Virus record (IMG/VR): IMGVR_UViG_3300035698_014070
Coordinates: 10,229 to 74,228 of that record
DNA length: 64,000 nucleotides
Reading direction: 5' to 3' (one strand)
Source: a virus
Shown here: positions 46,562 to 57,041 of the stretch, piece after piece
How the letters are laid out: each line of letters opens with the position of its first letter
Numbering within the stretch: the stretch's first letter is position 1
Notes under the pieces: model-generated
What the model saw: only the letters and a program-made list of their open reading frames with translations
Database searches by the model: none
What the model was told of the DNA's origin: nothing
Translations under genes and position numbers: made by a program

Positions 46562-46682
46562 ATTAATGTATCAATTACATATGTCAAGATATGATTTTGC
46601 AAATAGTTTTACGCGTGATATTACATGGATATGTAACAGACTTGAAGTACAGAAGGCAAAAGAAAAAGAAGCAAGAAAGTAA
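46515..46682 (+). CDS. Chaperone C-terminal extension (gp51-like), probably reached by frameshift
   Basis: EIEFKLMYQLHMS...WICNRL..QK in the +1 frame after TTTTTTC; no clear SD/start of its own. Confidence 0.5.
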   Translation, partial: FRKVKPLSEILEIEFKLMYQLHMSRYDFANSFTRDITWICNRLEVQKAKEKEARK

Positions 46683-46685
46683 ATT

Positions 46686-48113
46686 GTGGCAAAACGTAAA
46701 GTAGTAAAATCTGAATATAGTAAATGGGGTCCATCAGGACTTGATTTATATACATTAGAAACTCTACAAGATATTCAACGTAAAATGACAAAAGACACAT
46801 TGCCATATTTAAAGTTAATAATAGATCAATATGGTGATGCAGATTTAGGTAAACAAGCTAAAATTTTACATAATAAAGCAAAAGCATCTGTTGCTATAAT
46901 TTCAAAAATGCGTGGATTATATGGCAAATCTGCAACAAAAGATGAAATTGAAAAGCTTGTTACATTATTAGATGATTTATCTGTAGGTATTTCTGTTTTA
47001 AATGATAACGTTGATCCTGTTAATGAAAATATAGAGCAACTGCAAGAAGCACTAACAGAAACGCATACTAAAATAGCAGAATTTGCTAGTAAAGGAATGG
47101 AAATATCGCAACAAGCTCATAAGCATAGACTTAAAGATGCTGCCTGGTCTGCAATAAAAGGTATGGGAGCTCGCGCACTATACTCTTTTATAGGTTATAG
47201 TGGAGCCGCTGCTTATGGTATGGGTAAAAAAGCAATTGGTGGATGGAAAGAAGGTAAACAAGCCAGAAAAAAAGCAGCTTTAGAAACATCTTTGAATGTG
47301 AGTAGTGCTTTTGGTGGTGGAGAATTTGACAAAAGTAATTTTGGTGGTGGAGGAGGTATAGGCGGTAGTGGAATTAACGTAGCTGCTACTGCAGTTTCAA
47401 TTGGAATGCATATGTTTTATCAAAAAGGTGCGTATTCTGCACATTACACACGTGAAATGATGAAACATATACGCCATATGTCTGGCGCGCCTTGGGGAAT
47501 TACTGGAGATGCTTATGGTCTTACAAGTACAGTAGAAAGTGTAAAAGATACAGTAGAAGTAGCAATAGGAACAGCTGCTTCAAGAATAATTGGTGGTTCA
47601 ATATCAAAATCAATACTTGGTTTTTTAGGAAAAGCAGGATTAGTAACAGTTGTTGCAGGAACAGCATATCTTCTTGGTAGCAAATATATTGCACCATACG
47701 CTGTTAAAGGTGTAGATGCTTTATTTGATTGGGTGTTTCCAGCAAACGATCCAGCTGGGATTAACCCAAAAAAACCTAGCGCTAACGATGTAATTGTTTT
47801 AAGTCCACTTCAAGCAATGCAACAATTTCCCAGTATGGTAACAGATCCAAATAGTTCTTTTGTTATTCCAAATAGCTTAAGCAATACTGGATTAACTCAA
47901 GAACAAATTAGTACAGCAGTAACAGGAAATTCAAAAGATTTTATAAAACAAAATAGTTCAGTAGATAATGTTCCATCAAGAGTATGGGAAGAAATGGCAA
48001 ACACACTTAAAAAAATAAGTATTAATACTGATCCAAATAATCCATATGTAAATAAGCAAAGTGTTTTTCCAGAACCAAGTAATATTAGTGAATTTTCAGA
48101 ACCGAGTAATTAA
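46686..48113 (+). CDS. Tape-measure-like protein
   Basis: Follows the chaperone; helical and Gly/Ala-rich with hydrophobic segments. Confidence 0.55.
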   Translation: MAKRKVVKSEYSKWGPSGLDLYTLETLQDIQRKMTKDTLPYLKLIIDQYGDADLGKQAKILHNKAKASVAIISKMRGLYGKSATKDEIEKLVTLLDDLSVGISVLNDNVDPVNENIEQLQEALTETHTKIAEFASKGMEISQQAHKHRLKDAAWSAIKGMGARALYSFIGYSGAAAYGMGKKAIGGWKEGKQARKKAALETSLNVSSAFGGGEFDKSNFGGGGGIGGSGINVAATAVSIGMHMFYQKGAYSAHYTREMMKHIRHMSGAPWGITGDAYGLTSTVESVKDTVEVAIGTAASRIIGGSISKSILGFLGKAGLVTVVAGTAYLLGSKYIAPYAVKGVDALFDWVFPANDPAGINPKKPSANDVIVLSPLQAMQQFPSMVTDPNSSFVIPNSLSNTGLTQEQISTAVTGNSKDFIKQNSSVDNVPSRVWEEMANTLKKISINTDPNNPYVNKQSVFPEPSNISEFSEPSN

Positions 48114-48115
48114 CT

Positions 48116-48916
48116 ATGGCAGATAAAGATATATTTGAAATTAGAAATTATAAAGTTAATACAGAATCAGTAGATGATCCTAAAGATGTAAATACAAAAA
48201 CAGATGAATCAGAAATTGTTGGCAGCGCTTGGATGGAAAATAAGATATCTGAAAATTATCTTGTAAAAATATATAGTTCAGCACTTAATTGCGAAGTAGT
48301 TGGAGTATTACAAGATAACTTTGTTGAAGAAGTTGCGAGTAGTTGGAACCCTATTGCCGGATTTGAAAGAGCAAAAAATATTGGAAATAGTCTTGTTTTT
48401 CAAAAAATCTTTGGTGTCGTTGGTGTTGTTCCATGGATGTCAAGAAGAAAATGGGAAGGTACCACTCCAGTATCAATTACACTAAATTTAATGTTCCAAG
48501 CAAATTCTAATCCAATGAATGAAGTAGTTAAACCATGTTTACGATTAAAACAAATGGTATTGCCTGGGCATGGAACTAAATATAAAGAAGGTAAAACAGA
48601 TGATAAGAGTTATTTTCTTGTACCACCTGGTCCATCTCCGATAGGGTGGTTCGAAGAAAATAATGCTAAAACAGATCAAATAGAAATATCAATAGGAAAT
48701 CTTGTTACATATGAAAGCGTCATAGTTAAAAATGTAAGAACAGAAATAGAACCTAAGTTTGATAAAAACGGAAATCCAATTATGGCAAAAGCCACTATTG
48801 GTTTTGAATCATATGAGATTATGACGAAAGATAGTATAGGTAGTGCGTACGGAAATAAAAGCTTACCTACTGGTTTTTTAGAAGAAGCTAATACTACTAT
48901 AAATGGATCTAAATAA
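48116..48916 (+). CDS. Baseplate tube-initiator-like protein
   Basis: WEGTTPVSITLNLMF, LVPP, ISIGN, PIMAKATIGF; synteny. Confidence 0.55.
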   Translation: MADKDIFEIRNYKVNTESVDDPKDVNTKTDESEIVGSAWMENKISENYLVKIYSSALNCEVVGVLQDNFVEEVASSWNPIAGFERAKNIGNSLVFQKIFGVVGVVPWMSRRKWEGTTPVSITLNLMFQANSNPMNEVVKPCLRLKQMVLPGHGTKYKEGKTDDKSYFLVPPGPSPIGWFEENNAKTDQIEISIGNLVTYESVIVKNVRTEIEPKFDKNGNPIMAKATIGFESYEIMTKDSIGSAYGNKSLPTGFLEEANTTINGSK

Positions 48917-49101
48917 TGAAAGAAACGTTAAGAGCAATAGTTATGTTTTTGTTTGTTTTACCGACACTTTTAATAGTAGGAACTATACTTGGTTCAGCTG
49001 TAGCTCCAGTAATAGGTACTATTATTGGTTTTGTGAGTGGTATTGTTATTTTTTGTAAGTGGCTAGATGATGGTTTTGGCAGTTTGTTTTTTGATGATTA
49101 A
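48916..49101 (+). CDS. Small two-TM membrane protein
   Basis: Two hydrophobic helices. Confidence 0.5.
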   Translation: MKETLRAIVMFLFVLPTLLIVGTILGSAVAPVIGTIIGFVSGIVIFCKWLDDGFGSLFFDD

Positions 49102-49119
49102 AAATGGATTATTAGTAAT

Positions 49120-49599
49120 ATGAATAGAACAAGATTTTTTAATAAAGCAATTGTTACACGTAAAGAATATTCTGTATCGTGGAAAGCGATAAATGATAGT
49201 GGTAAACTTATTTCTAAAACGAGAGTATACAGTTCTAAAAGTAATTTAAATACAAAAATAGTAAGTTTACGTAGTACATTAGATGGTGAAAAAGGTGAAG
49301 AAATAATTACTATTAATTTAGATATTGAAAAGAAAGTAAAAGAATTAGATTTTATTGATAATAATCTTTCTAACTTTTCTATTAATTTTGATCCTATTTA
49401 TTATCGATTAAGCTCTAGTGATAGAAAACGACCAGATATAATTAGTTTTAATAATTATGAAACTGTAAAATATTGGTGGCTAACTTGTTTAGTAAATGGT
49501 ATAGAAGATCCTTTTTTTGAAACAGTAATTGGTAAAGTAATGATTATACCAGATATACAAGATATTTTTTCTTTTTACAGAAATCACGCAGTAAGATAA
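49120..49599 (+). CDS. Baseplate wedge protein (gp53/LysM-like)
   Basis: RPDIIS...Y....YWWL...NGIEDPF....G..IIP. Confidence 0.75.
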   Translation: MNRTRFFNKAIVTRKEYSVSWKAINDSGKLISKTRVYSSKSNLNTKIVSLRSTLDGEKGEEIITINLDIEKKVKELDFIDNNLSNFSINFDPIYYRLSSSDRKRPDIISFNNYETVKYWWLTCLVNGIEDPFFETVIGKVMIIPDIQDIFSFYRNHAVR

Positions 49600-49600
49600 T

Positions 49601-50932
49601 ATGGTTGATATTGCAGGGACATACCATTTACGATTAACATTTAACAATGGAAAGCTTGTTGTGGAGCTTAATCCACAAGCGATTCATATATTTGAAATAA
49701 CACAGGAAATTAATAATTTACTTCCTACGGTTATACTAGAAGTAGAAGAACCAAACGGTGAAATTGGAATGCTTTTGCCATTTGATAATAAGCTTGCAAA
49801 TATGCAAGTAGAATTTTGTGGTGCTAAAAATATAAATGATTCAGAAGAGTACAATCAGTTTAACTTTGTTATTACTAAAAAAATAACAATAAGTGATGGT
49901 AGACTTCGTTTAGAAGGAGAATTAAGTATACATGGATTATTTTCTCCAAAGCATAGTCGTGGTTTTCCAATATCAGGAACTACAGATATTACAATAAAAA
50001 AGTATATAGAAAAAATTGCAACAACCGAAATATCTATATTTAGCAATACTGAAGATCGAAGTAATAAGTATATTAATGCAGAAGTAAGTTCGTATTTAGA
50101 ATATGAAAAAACTTTAATACAACCACGATGGACTAATGCACAATTTTTAAAATATTTACGTGACAATATTATTGGTACAGTAGATGAAGCTGGATTTTTT
50201 TGTTTTGTTTGTGTAAAGAATAGAAAAACAACACTCGTTTTTAAATCTGCACGAGATTTTTATGATGAGCCAATTAGTCAACGTTTTGTTGTATATGATG
50301 AAATTCGTAAAGGAAGTTTTCCTGTTTATAAATTTTTATCATACGATTATTTTAATGGCGGTAATAAAGAACTTAAAAGTAAACAAGAATATTCTTATTA
50401 CAACTATAATGATACAGAATACGTAGATGCATATGTAGATTATACAACATATCATTCTTTATCTAAACATATACTGATTGATAAAAATGAAGATACAAAT
50501 TCAAACGATATCGATAATCTTGGACGATCAAATGATTTTACATCAGATTTTCTTGGAAAGATAAAAGGTGCTTATACTAAAAAGTTGTTAGGATTATCTC
50601 GTTTTTGGATAACGACAGATGGTTTACAAAATATTACTCCAGGTAAGCTTGTTTATATTCATTTTCCTGCAAAAGTGATGCAAGAAGAAGCGATCGTAAT
50701 TACATATAGCGGATATTGGATGATTGAAAAAGTTGTACACGCATTTAGAGATGTTTATTTGACACGTTTATTATTAACACGACCTGGAATTGATACTGCG
50801 ATGGATACAGAATTATTAGTTGCTCCAGTATTTAAAGTAGATCAATCTAAAGAAGTACTGAAAACGCAAAAAGCGCAAAATAAATCGCAAAAGCGAATAT
50901 CTACATCATCTGATATGGACATAATAACATAA
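49601..50932 (+). CDS. Baseplate hub protein (gp27/gpD-like)
   Basis: Synteny; G...ITPGKLV, YSGYWMIEKVVH...TRLLLTR. Confidence 0.7.
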   Translation: MVDIAGTYHLRLTFNNGKLVVELNPQAIHIFEITQEINNLLPTVILEVEEPNGEIGMLLPFDNKLANMQVEFCGAKNINDSEEYNQFNFVITKKITISDGRLRLEGELSIHGLFSPKHSRGFPISGTTDITIKKYIEKIATTEISIFSNTEDRSNKYINAEVSSYLEYEKTLIQPRWTNAQFLKYLRDNIIGTVDEAGFFCFVCVKNRKTTLVFKSARDFYDEPISQRFVVYDEIRKGSFPVYKFLSYDYFNGGNKELKSKQEYSYYNYNDTEYVDAYVDYTTYHSLSKHILIDKNEDTNSNDIDNLGRSNDFTSDFLGKIKGAYTKKLLGLSRFWITTDGLQNITPGKLVYIHFPAKVMQEEAIVITYSGYWMIEKVVHAFRDVYLTRLLLTRPGIDTAMDTELLVAPVFKVDQSKEVLKTQKAQNKSQKRISTSSDMDIIT

Positions 50933-51537
50933 TGGATAGTGTTGAAAAAATTTATGGTAACTATCGTGGAAAAGTACTTGGTACAGATAGTAGTGAATCG
51001 TCAAAATCTGGTCGTATTAAGGTAGAAGTATATCCATTTTTTGAAAGCATTGATAAAGATTTTATTCCATGGGCAGTTCCTGCTATGCCCCTGTTTGATG
51101 GTGCAGGAAGCGGATACGGTTGTTTAAGTATACCTACTGTTGGATCATACGTGTGGGTATTTTTTGAAGCGGGAGATATTTACCAGCCCGTTTATTTTGC
51201 AGAAGCGCAAACTCCTGATGTTGGAATACCATCAGAAGCATCTACAAATTACCCTAAAAGAAAAGTGTTAAAAACAAGCGGCGGTGTTACAATATATATT
51301 GATGATACTAGTGATTCTATTGTTATAGAAAATGATGAAGGTAATAAAATACAAATAGATGATGAAATTTTATTAACTCATTCTAGTGGCGCAAAAATAG
51401 TAATAGATAGCTCTGGTAATATAGAAGTTAATGGAACCAGCTTATTATTGACTAATGCTATAGGATCTGGTTATATTGATATAGACGCGGCTGGTGCAAT
51501 GATTATAGAGGGCGTCACTGTCAACGTAAATCCATAA
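50932..51537 (+). CDS. Baseplate spike (gp5/gpV OB-fold)
   Basis: YRGKV...GRIKV...WA.P...PTVGSYVWVFFEAGD..QPVY. Confidence 0.9.
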   Translation: MDSVEKIYGNYRGKVLGTDSSESSKSGRIKVEVYPFFESIDKDFIPWAVPAMPLFDGAGSGYGCLSIPTVGSYVWVFFEAGDIYQPVYFAEAQTPDVGIPSEASTNYPKRKVLKTSGGVTIYIDDTSDSIVIENDEGNKIQIDDEILLTHSSGAKIVIDSSGNIEVNGTSLLLTNAIGSGYIDIDAAGAMIIEGVTVNVNP

Positions 51538-51545
51538 GGTTTTAT

Positions 51546-51878
51546 ATGGCTAAAGCAATAACAATATTTCCAAGTGATTTGAGATTTACAGAAGGACCAG
51601 ATGGAGATATACTTTTTTCTGGTCAAGATGGCAGATTTAAAGTAGCTGGAGAAGAAGTTGCTGTATGTGTTCCTGGAGCAAAACAAGTAGATCCAGATAA
51701 TCATACAAAAAGACATTTAAATCCTGTTACTGTTAGAACGTTTTGTAATGGTTATCCAATCTGTACTGGAGGTCTTCCTAATGCTAATGCCGCTTATGTG
51801 CTGTACTATAGTCCTTCAAAAACATCGTATATAACATCACCACAAAAAGTTCCTGATCCTAAAGTGTACGTGGAGTAA
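51546..51878 (+). CDS. PAAR-like spike tip candidate
   Basis: Position after the spike; TFCNGYPIC..G and terminal KVYVE. Confidence 0.45.
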   Translation: MAKAITIFPSDLRFTEGPDGDILFSGQDGRFKVAGEEVAVCVPGAKQVDPDNHTKRHLNPVTVRTFCNGYPICTGGLPNANAAYVLYYSPSKTSYITSPQKVPDPKVYVE

Positions 51879-51881
51879 ATT

Positions 51882-52280
51882 ATGGCAGTATCAAGTACAA
51901 GTATAGGTGTAGTGTGGAGTGAACTTGATCATCGTTTTGAAAAAGATATAAGAGGTAGGTTAAAAAAGGCGATTAATTTTGATGCACTAGTTAGTTCTAT
52001 AGATAATATTTTACGAACTGGACGAGGTGAACGAGTTATGCTTCCGTCTTTTGGATTAGGTTTAACAAATGTGTTTGAACCAATGAGTAAGTTATCTGGT
52101 GCTCAATATGCAAGAAAGATAAAAGAAGCGATTACACGTTGGGATGATCGTATTATTATACACGCAGTAGATTGTGTACAGCGACCAAATCAATCGCAAG
52201 TAGAATTTAAAATACAATTAGGTGTACGCGGTTTTTCCGAAATATTTGAGCACAAACTTACTACATCTATTGGAGATTAG
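51882..52280 (+). CDS. Baseplate wedge gp25-like protein
   Basis: SIDNILRT..GERVMLPSFG...FEP...AITRWDDRI. Confidence 0.9.
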   Translation: MAVSSTSIGVVWSELDHRFEKDIRGRLKKAINFDALVSSIDNILRTGRGERVMLPSFGLGLTNVFEPMSKLSGAQYARKIKEAITRWDDRIIIHAVDCVQRPNQSQVEFKIQLGVRGFSEIFEHKLTTSIGD

Positions 52281-54112
52281 TGATGGGCAATCTTTTAAAT
52301 TACACAAACTATGATTTTGAGGATTTAGTTGAGCAACTTCAAAATCGATTAAAAACAAGAAAATCATGGATAGATACATATCGTTCTGGTACAGGCCAAA
52401 TGATGATAGAATTCTATGCATATGTAGCTAATCTTGTTTTATATTATTTAGAACGGCGCGCAGAAGAATGTTTTATTGATACAGCTCAACTTCGTTCAAG
52501 TGTTATCAATTTAGTTAAACTACTAAACTATTTGCCAAAGCGCCAAACATCTTCGTTAGGTACACTAACTTTTTCTGTATCTTCTGCACACACTGTTGAT
52601 ATTATATTACCTGCAAAAACAGTTATTAAAACTGGAGATGATTTGTATTTCTTTGTAGGTAAAAAAGAAACAGATGATACATCTGGAGATTATACAGGAA
52701 ATATTGTTGGTGCTAGTACGTTACTTACTGGTGAAACATCAGTTACAGTAAATGCAATTCAAGGTGAAGTTATTGAAAAAGAAATTATTTCTGATGGATC
52801 TGCAAGTCAAAATTATAATATAGAAGAAACAAATGTAGAGAATGATTTGTTCGCCGTGTTTGTAGACAGCATTGCTTGGACACAAGTATCTAGTTTTGTT
52901 AGTTCAGAATCTGATGATTCTCATTATATGATACGGCAAAATAAAGATAACTCATTGCGTATTATTTTTGGTGATGGTATTAAAGGTGATATTCCTGATG
53001 AAGATTCTGTTGTAAAACTTCAATACGTTTTAACAGATGGGTTAGATGGAAATGTTTACACTGGTGATTCTATCATAAATATTGTAAGTACGATTTATGA
53101 TACAGATAGTAATACCGTTTCTGATATTAGTGTAACAAATTCTTCTACAGTTGATGCTGTTTCTGGAAACATTCAGGGTGCTTTTGTTGGTGGTGATGAA
53201 GAAGAATCAATTGAAGAAATAAAATACGAAGCACCACGAGTATTTGCTACTGGCGATAGACTTATTACAAAAGCAGATTTTATAGCAGTTATAGAAAATT
53301 ATAGTGGTGTTGGTAGTGCAAATGTATGGGGAGAATACGAAGAAGATGATGATGCTGCATATTATAATCATCGAATTAATTTATGTATTTTGATGCAAGA
53401 AAATGATGACAACGATTGGCCAAATCCTACTACAGCATTTAAGACAGAATTAACTGATTACTTGTACCTTAAATCTGTAATGACTGTAAAATATGAATAC
53501 GTTGTTGCTGTTCAATTAAATGTAATACCTACACTTACATTAGTTGTTTCTAAAAATTATTCTATTACACAGGCTCAAGCTGACATTAATACATTAATGA
53601 CTGATCAATTTGAATTGGGTGTCACGACTAAGCTGGGCACTGCTCTACGATATTCTAACTTAGTTAACTTAGTAGATTCATTAGATGCTGTCTCCTATCA
53701 CCAGCTAATTCTGGAGATACGCAAAGATCTTGTAGAAGATTATGGTTCAAATGGGGAGTACGGTGAAGCACTAGATGCAGTTAGTGTTAAGAAAAGAAGC
53801 GTTCGAGTATTTGTAGATGATGGTACAACGGAAACACAAGTAGCAATGGACGATGGAGATGGTGCGTTAACAACAACAGATGAAGATTCTGAGTCATTTT
53901 CTGATTATACTGTAACAGGAACAGTAGATTATACAACAGGCGTAATTGAGCTAGATATTGATCCAGATCCATCTTCTTTATTTTCAATGTTTGTACGATA
54001 TCAGCAAGATTCTGCTGATTACCCGTTTAATGAAGGTGATATTGTTCCAACGTATAGACAAATTAGTAAACTTTATGACGTAGAATTTGCATCTGTAACA
54101 CAAGCGAGTTAA
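52280..54112 (+). CDS. Baseplate wedge gp6/J-like protein
   Basis: YTNYDFE, TAQLRSSV, FGDG..G, GG.EEES.EEIK..AP, RLITKADF. Confidence 0.9.
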   Translation: MMGNLLNYTNYDFEDLVEQLQNRLKTRKSWIDTYRSGTGQMMIEFYAYVANLVLYYLERRAEECFIDTAQLRSSVINLVKLLNYLPKRQTSSLGTLTFSVSSAHTVDIILPAKTVIKTGDDLYFFVGKKETDDTSGDYTGNIVGASTLLTGETSVTVNAIQGEVIEKEIISDGSASQNYNIEETNVENDLFAVFVDSIAWTQVSSFVSSESDDSHYMIRQNKDNSLRIIFGDGIKGDIPDEDSVVKLQYVLTDGLDGNVYTGDSIINIVSTIYDTDSNTVSDISVTNSSTVDAVSGNIQGAFVGGDEEESIEEIKYEAPRVFATGDRLITKADFIAVIENYSGVGSANVWGEYEEDDDAAYYNHRINLCILMQENDDNDWPNPTTAFKTELTDYLYLKSVMTVKYEYVVAVQLNVIPTLTLVVSKNYSITQAQADINTLMTDQFELGVTTKLGTALRYSNLVNLVDSLDAVSYHQLILEIRKDLVEDYGSNGEYGEALDAVSVKKRSVRVFVDDGTTETQVAMDDGDGALTTTDEDSESFSDYTVTGTVDYTTGVIELDIDPDPSSLFSMFVRYQQDSADYPFNEGDIVPTYRQISKLYDVEFASVTQAS

Positions 54113-54114
54113 AT

Positions 54115-54621
54115 ATGAGTATTATAAAAAAACACAAATTTTTCGAAGGACTTTGGGAAATTACATATACTAATAAAGATGGTGAAGAAGTTTGGAAAAA
54201 AACAATACAAAATGCATTAGTTGATCAAGGTGAATATATTCTTTTAAGTACTTTTTTTAGAAATTATCTTTCTCCAGCTTCTTTTTATATTGGATTAGCT
54301 AATGGAGATATGAATGATGAAAGTACGCTTACTAGAATACCAAATGAACCAACTGTTGCTGGATATTCTAGACAAACTTTAGGTAGATCTGTTTCTAATT
54401 TTCCTTTAATGGAAAAAATAGACGGAGATTGGGCAATACGAACTGGTGCAATAACATTTACAGCAGGAGCTGTTGCAATTGGTCCAGTAGATAAAGCGTT
54501 TATGGCAACAGGAAGTGCTGGTTCAGGATATTTAATTAGTTATGTTTCTATGCCAGCTGGAGAAGTTACAGTACAACCAGGTGATTCTCTTAGTTTTTAC
54601 ATACGTATAAAGGCAATGTAA
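54115..54621 (+). CDS. Baseplate/fibre-attachment structural protein
   Basis: NALVDQG, YIGL, EP...GYSRQ pattern. Confidence 0.55.
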   Translation: MSIIKKHKFFEGLWEITYTNKDGEEVWKKTIQNALVDQGEYILLSTFFRNYLSPASFYIGLANGDMNDESTLTRIPNEPTVAGYSRQTLGRSVSNFPLMEKIDGDWAIRTGAITFTAGAVAIGPVDKAFMATGSAGSGYLISYVSMPAGEVTVQPGDSLSFYIRIKAM

Positions 54622-54622
54622 A

Positions 54623-55837
54623 ATGAGATTAGAATTTGAAATAATTGCAGATAAGTCTAGGTCGCTTGATTTACTTCAGTTGATTCCGTCAAAGTTTCAT
54701 AATAGTGAAATGCTGAAAGACCTTATCGTTGAACTAAATCCATTAATTGGTGGATGGCTTCAAAGTATTGAAGATATAAGTAAGCTGCTTGATCCAGATG
54801 AAGTTAGTTTTGAATATTTACATCATCTTGGAAATCTGCTTGGAATAGAATTGCCTGATCCAGAAGAATCAAATGAAACAGCACTACGAAAAGAGTTAAT
54901 AAATGCAGTTGATTGGTTTAAATTAAAAGGTACATATGATGCGTTTAAAATAATCGCATATGTTATGAATATAGAAGCTGATTTTTACGATATGTACACA
55001 GCAGATTATTCTACATTTTATACAAAAGAATGGTTTGTTGGTGATGAAGATGAAAATCCAACTGGATTAGATTCAACATATTATAAATCACCACATTTTG
55101 GATTTGAAATATCATTAGAGCGCATTCGCGAAATTGTTGATGGTGTAGAATATTTATGGAAAGCAGGAACACTTGCAAATTTAATTAAATATGTAGAGCA
55201 AATTAGACCAGCTCATACTGTTCCACATTATATACTTCGTTTGGAATTACCTATTAATCCTCCATCACCCACATATCGATCATACATTGGTACATCAGAA
55301 TCAGATTTAATTGATGAAGATTACGGTTGTGATCCTGATTCTGGTATAGCTTGGCATCGGTATAAAGATACAACACCAAGAAATAGATTTGATGAACGAT
55401 TTACAGAAGAAGGGCGAGTTGTTCGTTTTGATGATAGTACTAACTTATGGCGATTTGATTCACATGATAGTTCGGTTATAACAGATGTAGCAACATGGAA
55501 AGTTGGTACAGGAAATAAAGTATCTGGATGTACTCTTAGAACCAGTTTAATGCTAGCTACAGATTTTGATTTAGAAACAGTGGTTGATTCAGGACTTTCT
55601 ACAGATTCTGAATTTGCATTAGATACAGATGCTGATGGAAATACAATATACTATGTAATTGATGATGCTACATATGTTATGATGTATTTAACATTACAAG
55701 GATCTGCATCATTACATGGGTTATCTGAAGCAGCATTATATGGTGGTGCTGGTGAATTGCTATATGCATGGTTATTTCCAAACGTTGATGCAGAAGCTGG
55801 ATTAGAAGTTAAATTGCCATTTACAATATTTATATAA
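54623..55837 (+). CDS. Baseplate wedge protein (P2 gpI/T4 gp7-like)
   Basis: LDPD....YL.HLG..LG, A..WFKLKGT, IRPAHT. Confidence 0.75.
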   Translation: MRLEFEIIADKSRSLDLLQLIPSKFHNSEMLKDLIVELNPLIGGWLQSIEDISKLLDPDEVSFEYLHHLGNLLGIELPDPEESNETALRKELINAVDWFKLKGTYDAFKIIAYVMNIEADFYDMYTADYSTFYTKEWFVGDEDENPTGLDSTYYKSPHFGFEISLERIREIVDGVEYLWKAGTLANLIKYVEQIRPAHTVPHYILRLELPINPPSPTYRSYIGTSESDLIDEDYGCDPDSGIAWHRYKDTTPRNRFDERFTEEGRVVRFDDSTNLWRFDSHDSSVITDVATWKVGTGNKVSGCTLRTSLMLATDFDLETVVDSGLSTDSEFALDTDADGNTIYYVIDDATYVMMYLTLQGSASLHGLSEAALYGGAGELLYAWLFPNVDAEAGLEVKLPFTIFI

Positions 55838-55850
55838 GAGGTAAGTTGTC

Positions 55851-57041
55851 ATGAGTGATGCTGCTAGTATTGGAACTAATTTTAATGTTGCCACTAGGTA
55901 TTATGATTTTGTAGATTCTGATAAAGTCAACAGAAGGTTTAATAATATACGGCCAGTGGGTGTGTATTCTGGCGGATTGATGTATTACAGTGGTAGTAAT
56001 ATTATTATATCACCGTTAGTTTGCGAAGTTGGATATACTACAGGAGGAGTATATTATCAAATTCGATTTGAAACAACTGCTGCTGTTACATTAACACAAA
56101 GTGTTGCTGCAAATAAATATATTGTAGTAAGATGGACACGAGCAGAAGCCTATGCTACAGATATACCAACAATAGTAGCTGATACAGAAATTAAAACTAA
56201 TGATGTAGTATTAGGTATTGGTGATTTAAATGGTACAAGTATTAGTTATTGGGAAAGCGCTAGTGCAAAAAGAACTAATCCAGATCTTTCAGAGTATAAA
56301 CTTAAAGTTGTGCCTAGTCCAATTGGTGGTAGAAATGTAGTCATTCTTGGTGGATATGCTGAATTTGATAGCGGTATTGTATATGTGCGTACACAAGATT
56401 ATTTAATAAATACTTCTGGCACGGTATATGTATTTGCAGCAGTTACTAGTGCAGGACAACTTGATGAATATGGTGTTAACGAATTAGTCGCAGGTGAAAT
56501 AGAAGATGAAGCAACAACAGGATCATTGCATAAAGCAAGTATACTATTAGCACAAATAAGTAGTGATGCAGCTATTGTTAGTAGTTCTATTACAGATATG
56601 CACGCGTATTTAAAAGCAACACCACGTACATGGGTTTCAGATTGGATTGCGGTAACTTCTGAAGGTCATTACGATGGAGCTGTGTCTGGAGTAACAGATG
56701 AAGCAGGTAATGCAATTGATTTAACTCATGATCTTGGTAGTAATGTTGTTACAATAAATATGTTATGGTGTTATGATTCAAATAGTCCAGCATCAAATGG
56801 TAAACCAAGTGGAAGTGTATGGACTGGACCTAATATAACGGCAGTGCATCAACAACACGGAGTTTACTTACAAGGAAGCACTAGTCTTGAACGCGGAATA
56901 ATACTTACAGATATAAGTACTACTACATTTGTTTTACAATGTTTAAAAAACAGTGTTGCTTCATCTTGGGAAGCAGATGGTGATGTAGATAATAATATTA
57001 AATACGCATGGGTTAAACTTATACTTACACGGGTTCAATAA
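55851..57041 (+). CDS. Tail fibre/receptor-binding protein candidate
   Basis: Follows the baseplate genes; GVYSGG, SDW, LTHDLG motifs. Confidence 0.55.
   Translation: MSDAASIGTNFNVATRYYDFVDSDKVNRRFNNIRPVGVYSGGLMYYSGSNIIISPLVCEVGYTTGGVYYQIRFETTAAVTLTQSVAANKYIVVRWTRAEAYATDIPTIVADTEIKTNDVVLGIGDLNGTSISYWESASAKRTNPDLSEYKLKVVPSPIGGRNVVILGGYAEFDSGIVYVRTQDYLINTSGTVYVFAAVTSAGQLDEYGVNELVAGEIEDEATTGSLHKASILLAQISSDAAIVSSSITDMHAYLKATPRTWVSDWIAVTSEGHYDGAVSGVTDEAGNAIDLTHDLGSNVVTINMLWCYDSNSPASNGKPSGSVWTGPNITAVHQQHGVYLQGSTSLERGIILTDISTTTFVLQCLKNSVASSWEADGDVDNNIKYAWVKLILTRVQ

Noticed and set aside
52321-52345. DLVEQLQ near the gp6 N-terminus as another leader copy
   Set aside because: It falls in the normal N-terminal helix of gp6/J proteins and is probably coincidental.
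42976-57041. Stand-alone contractile injection system or tailocin
   Set aside because: Terminase, portal, protease and capsid genes are co-oriented in the same window, so this is a complete phage morphogenesis module.
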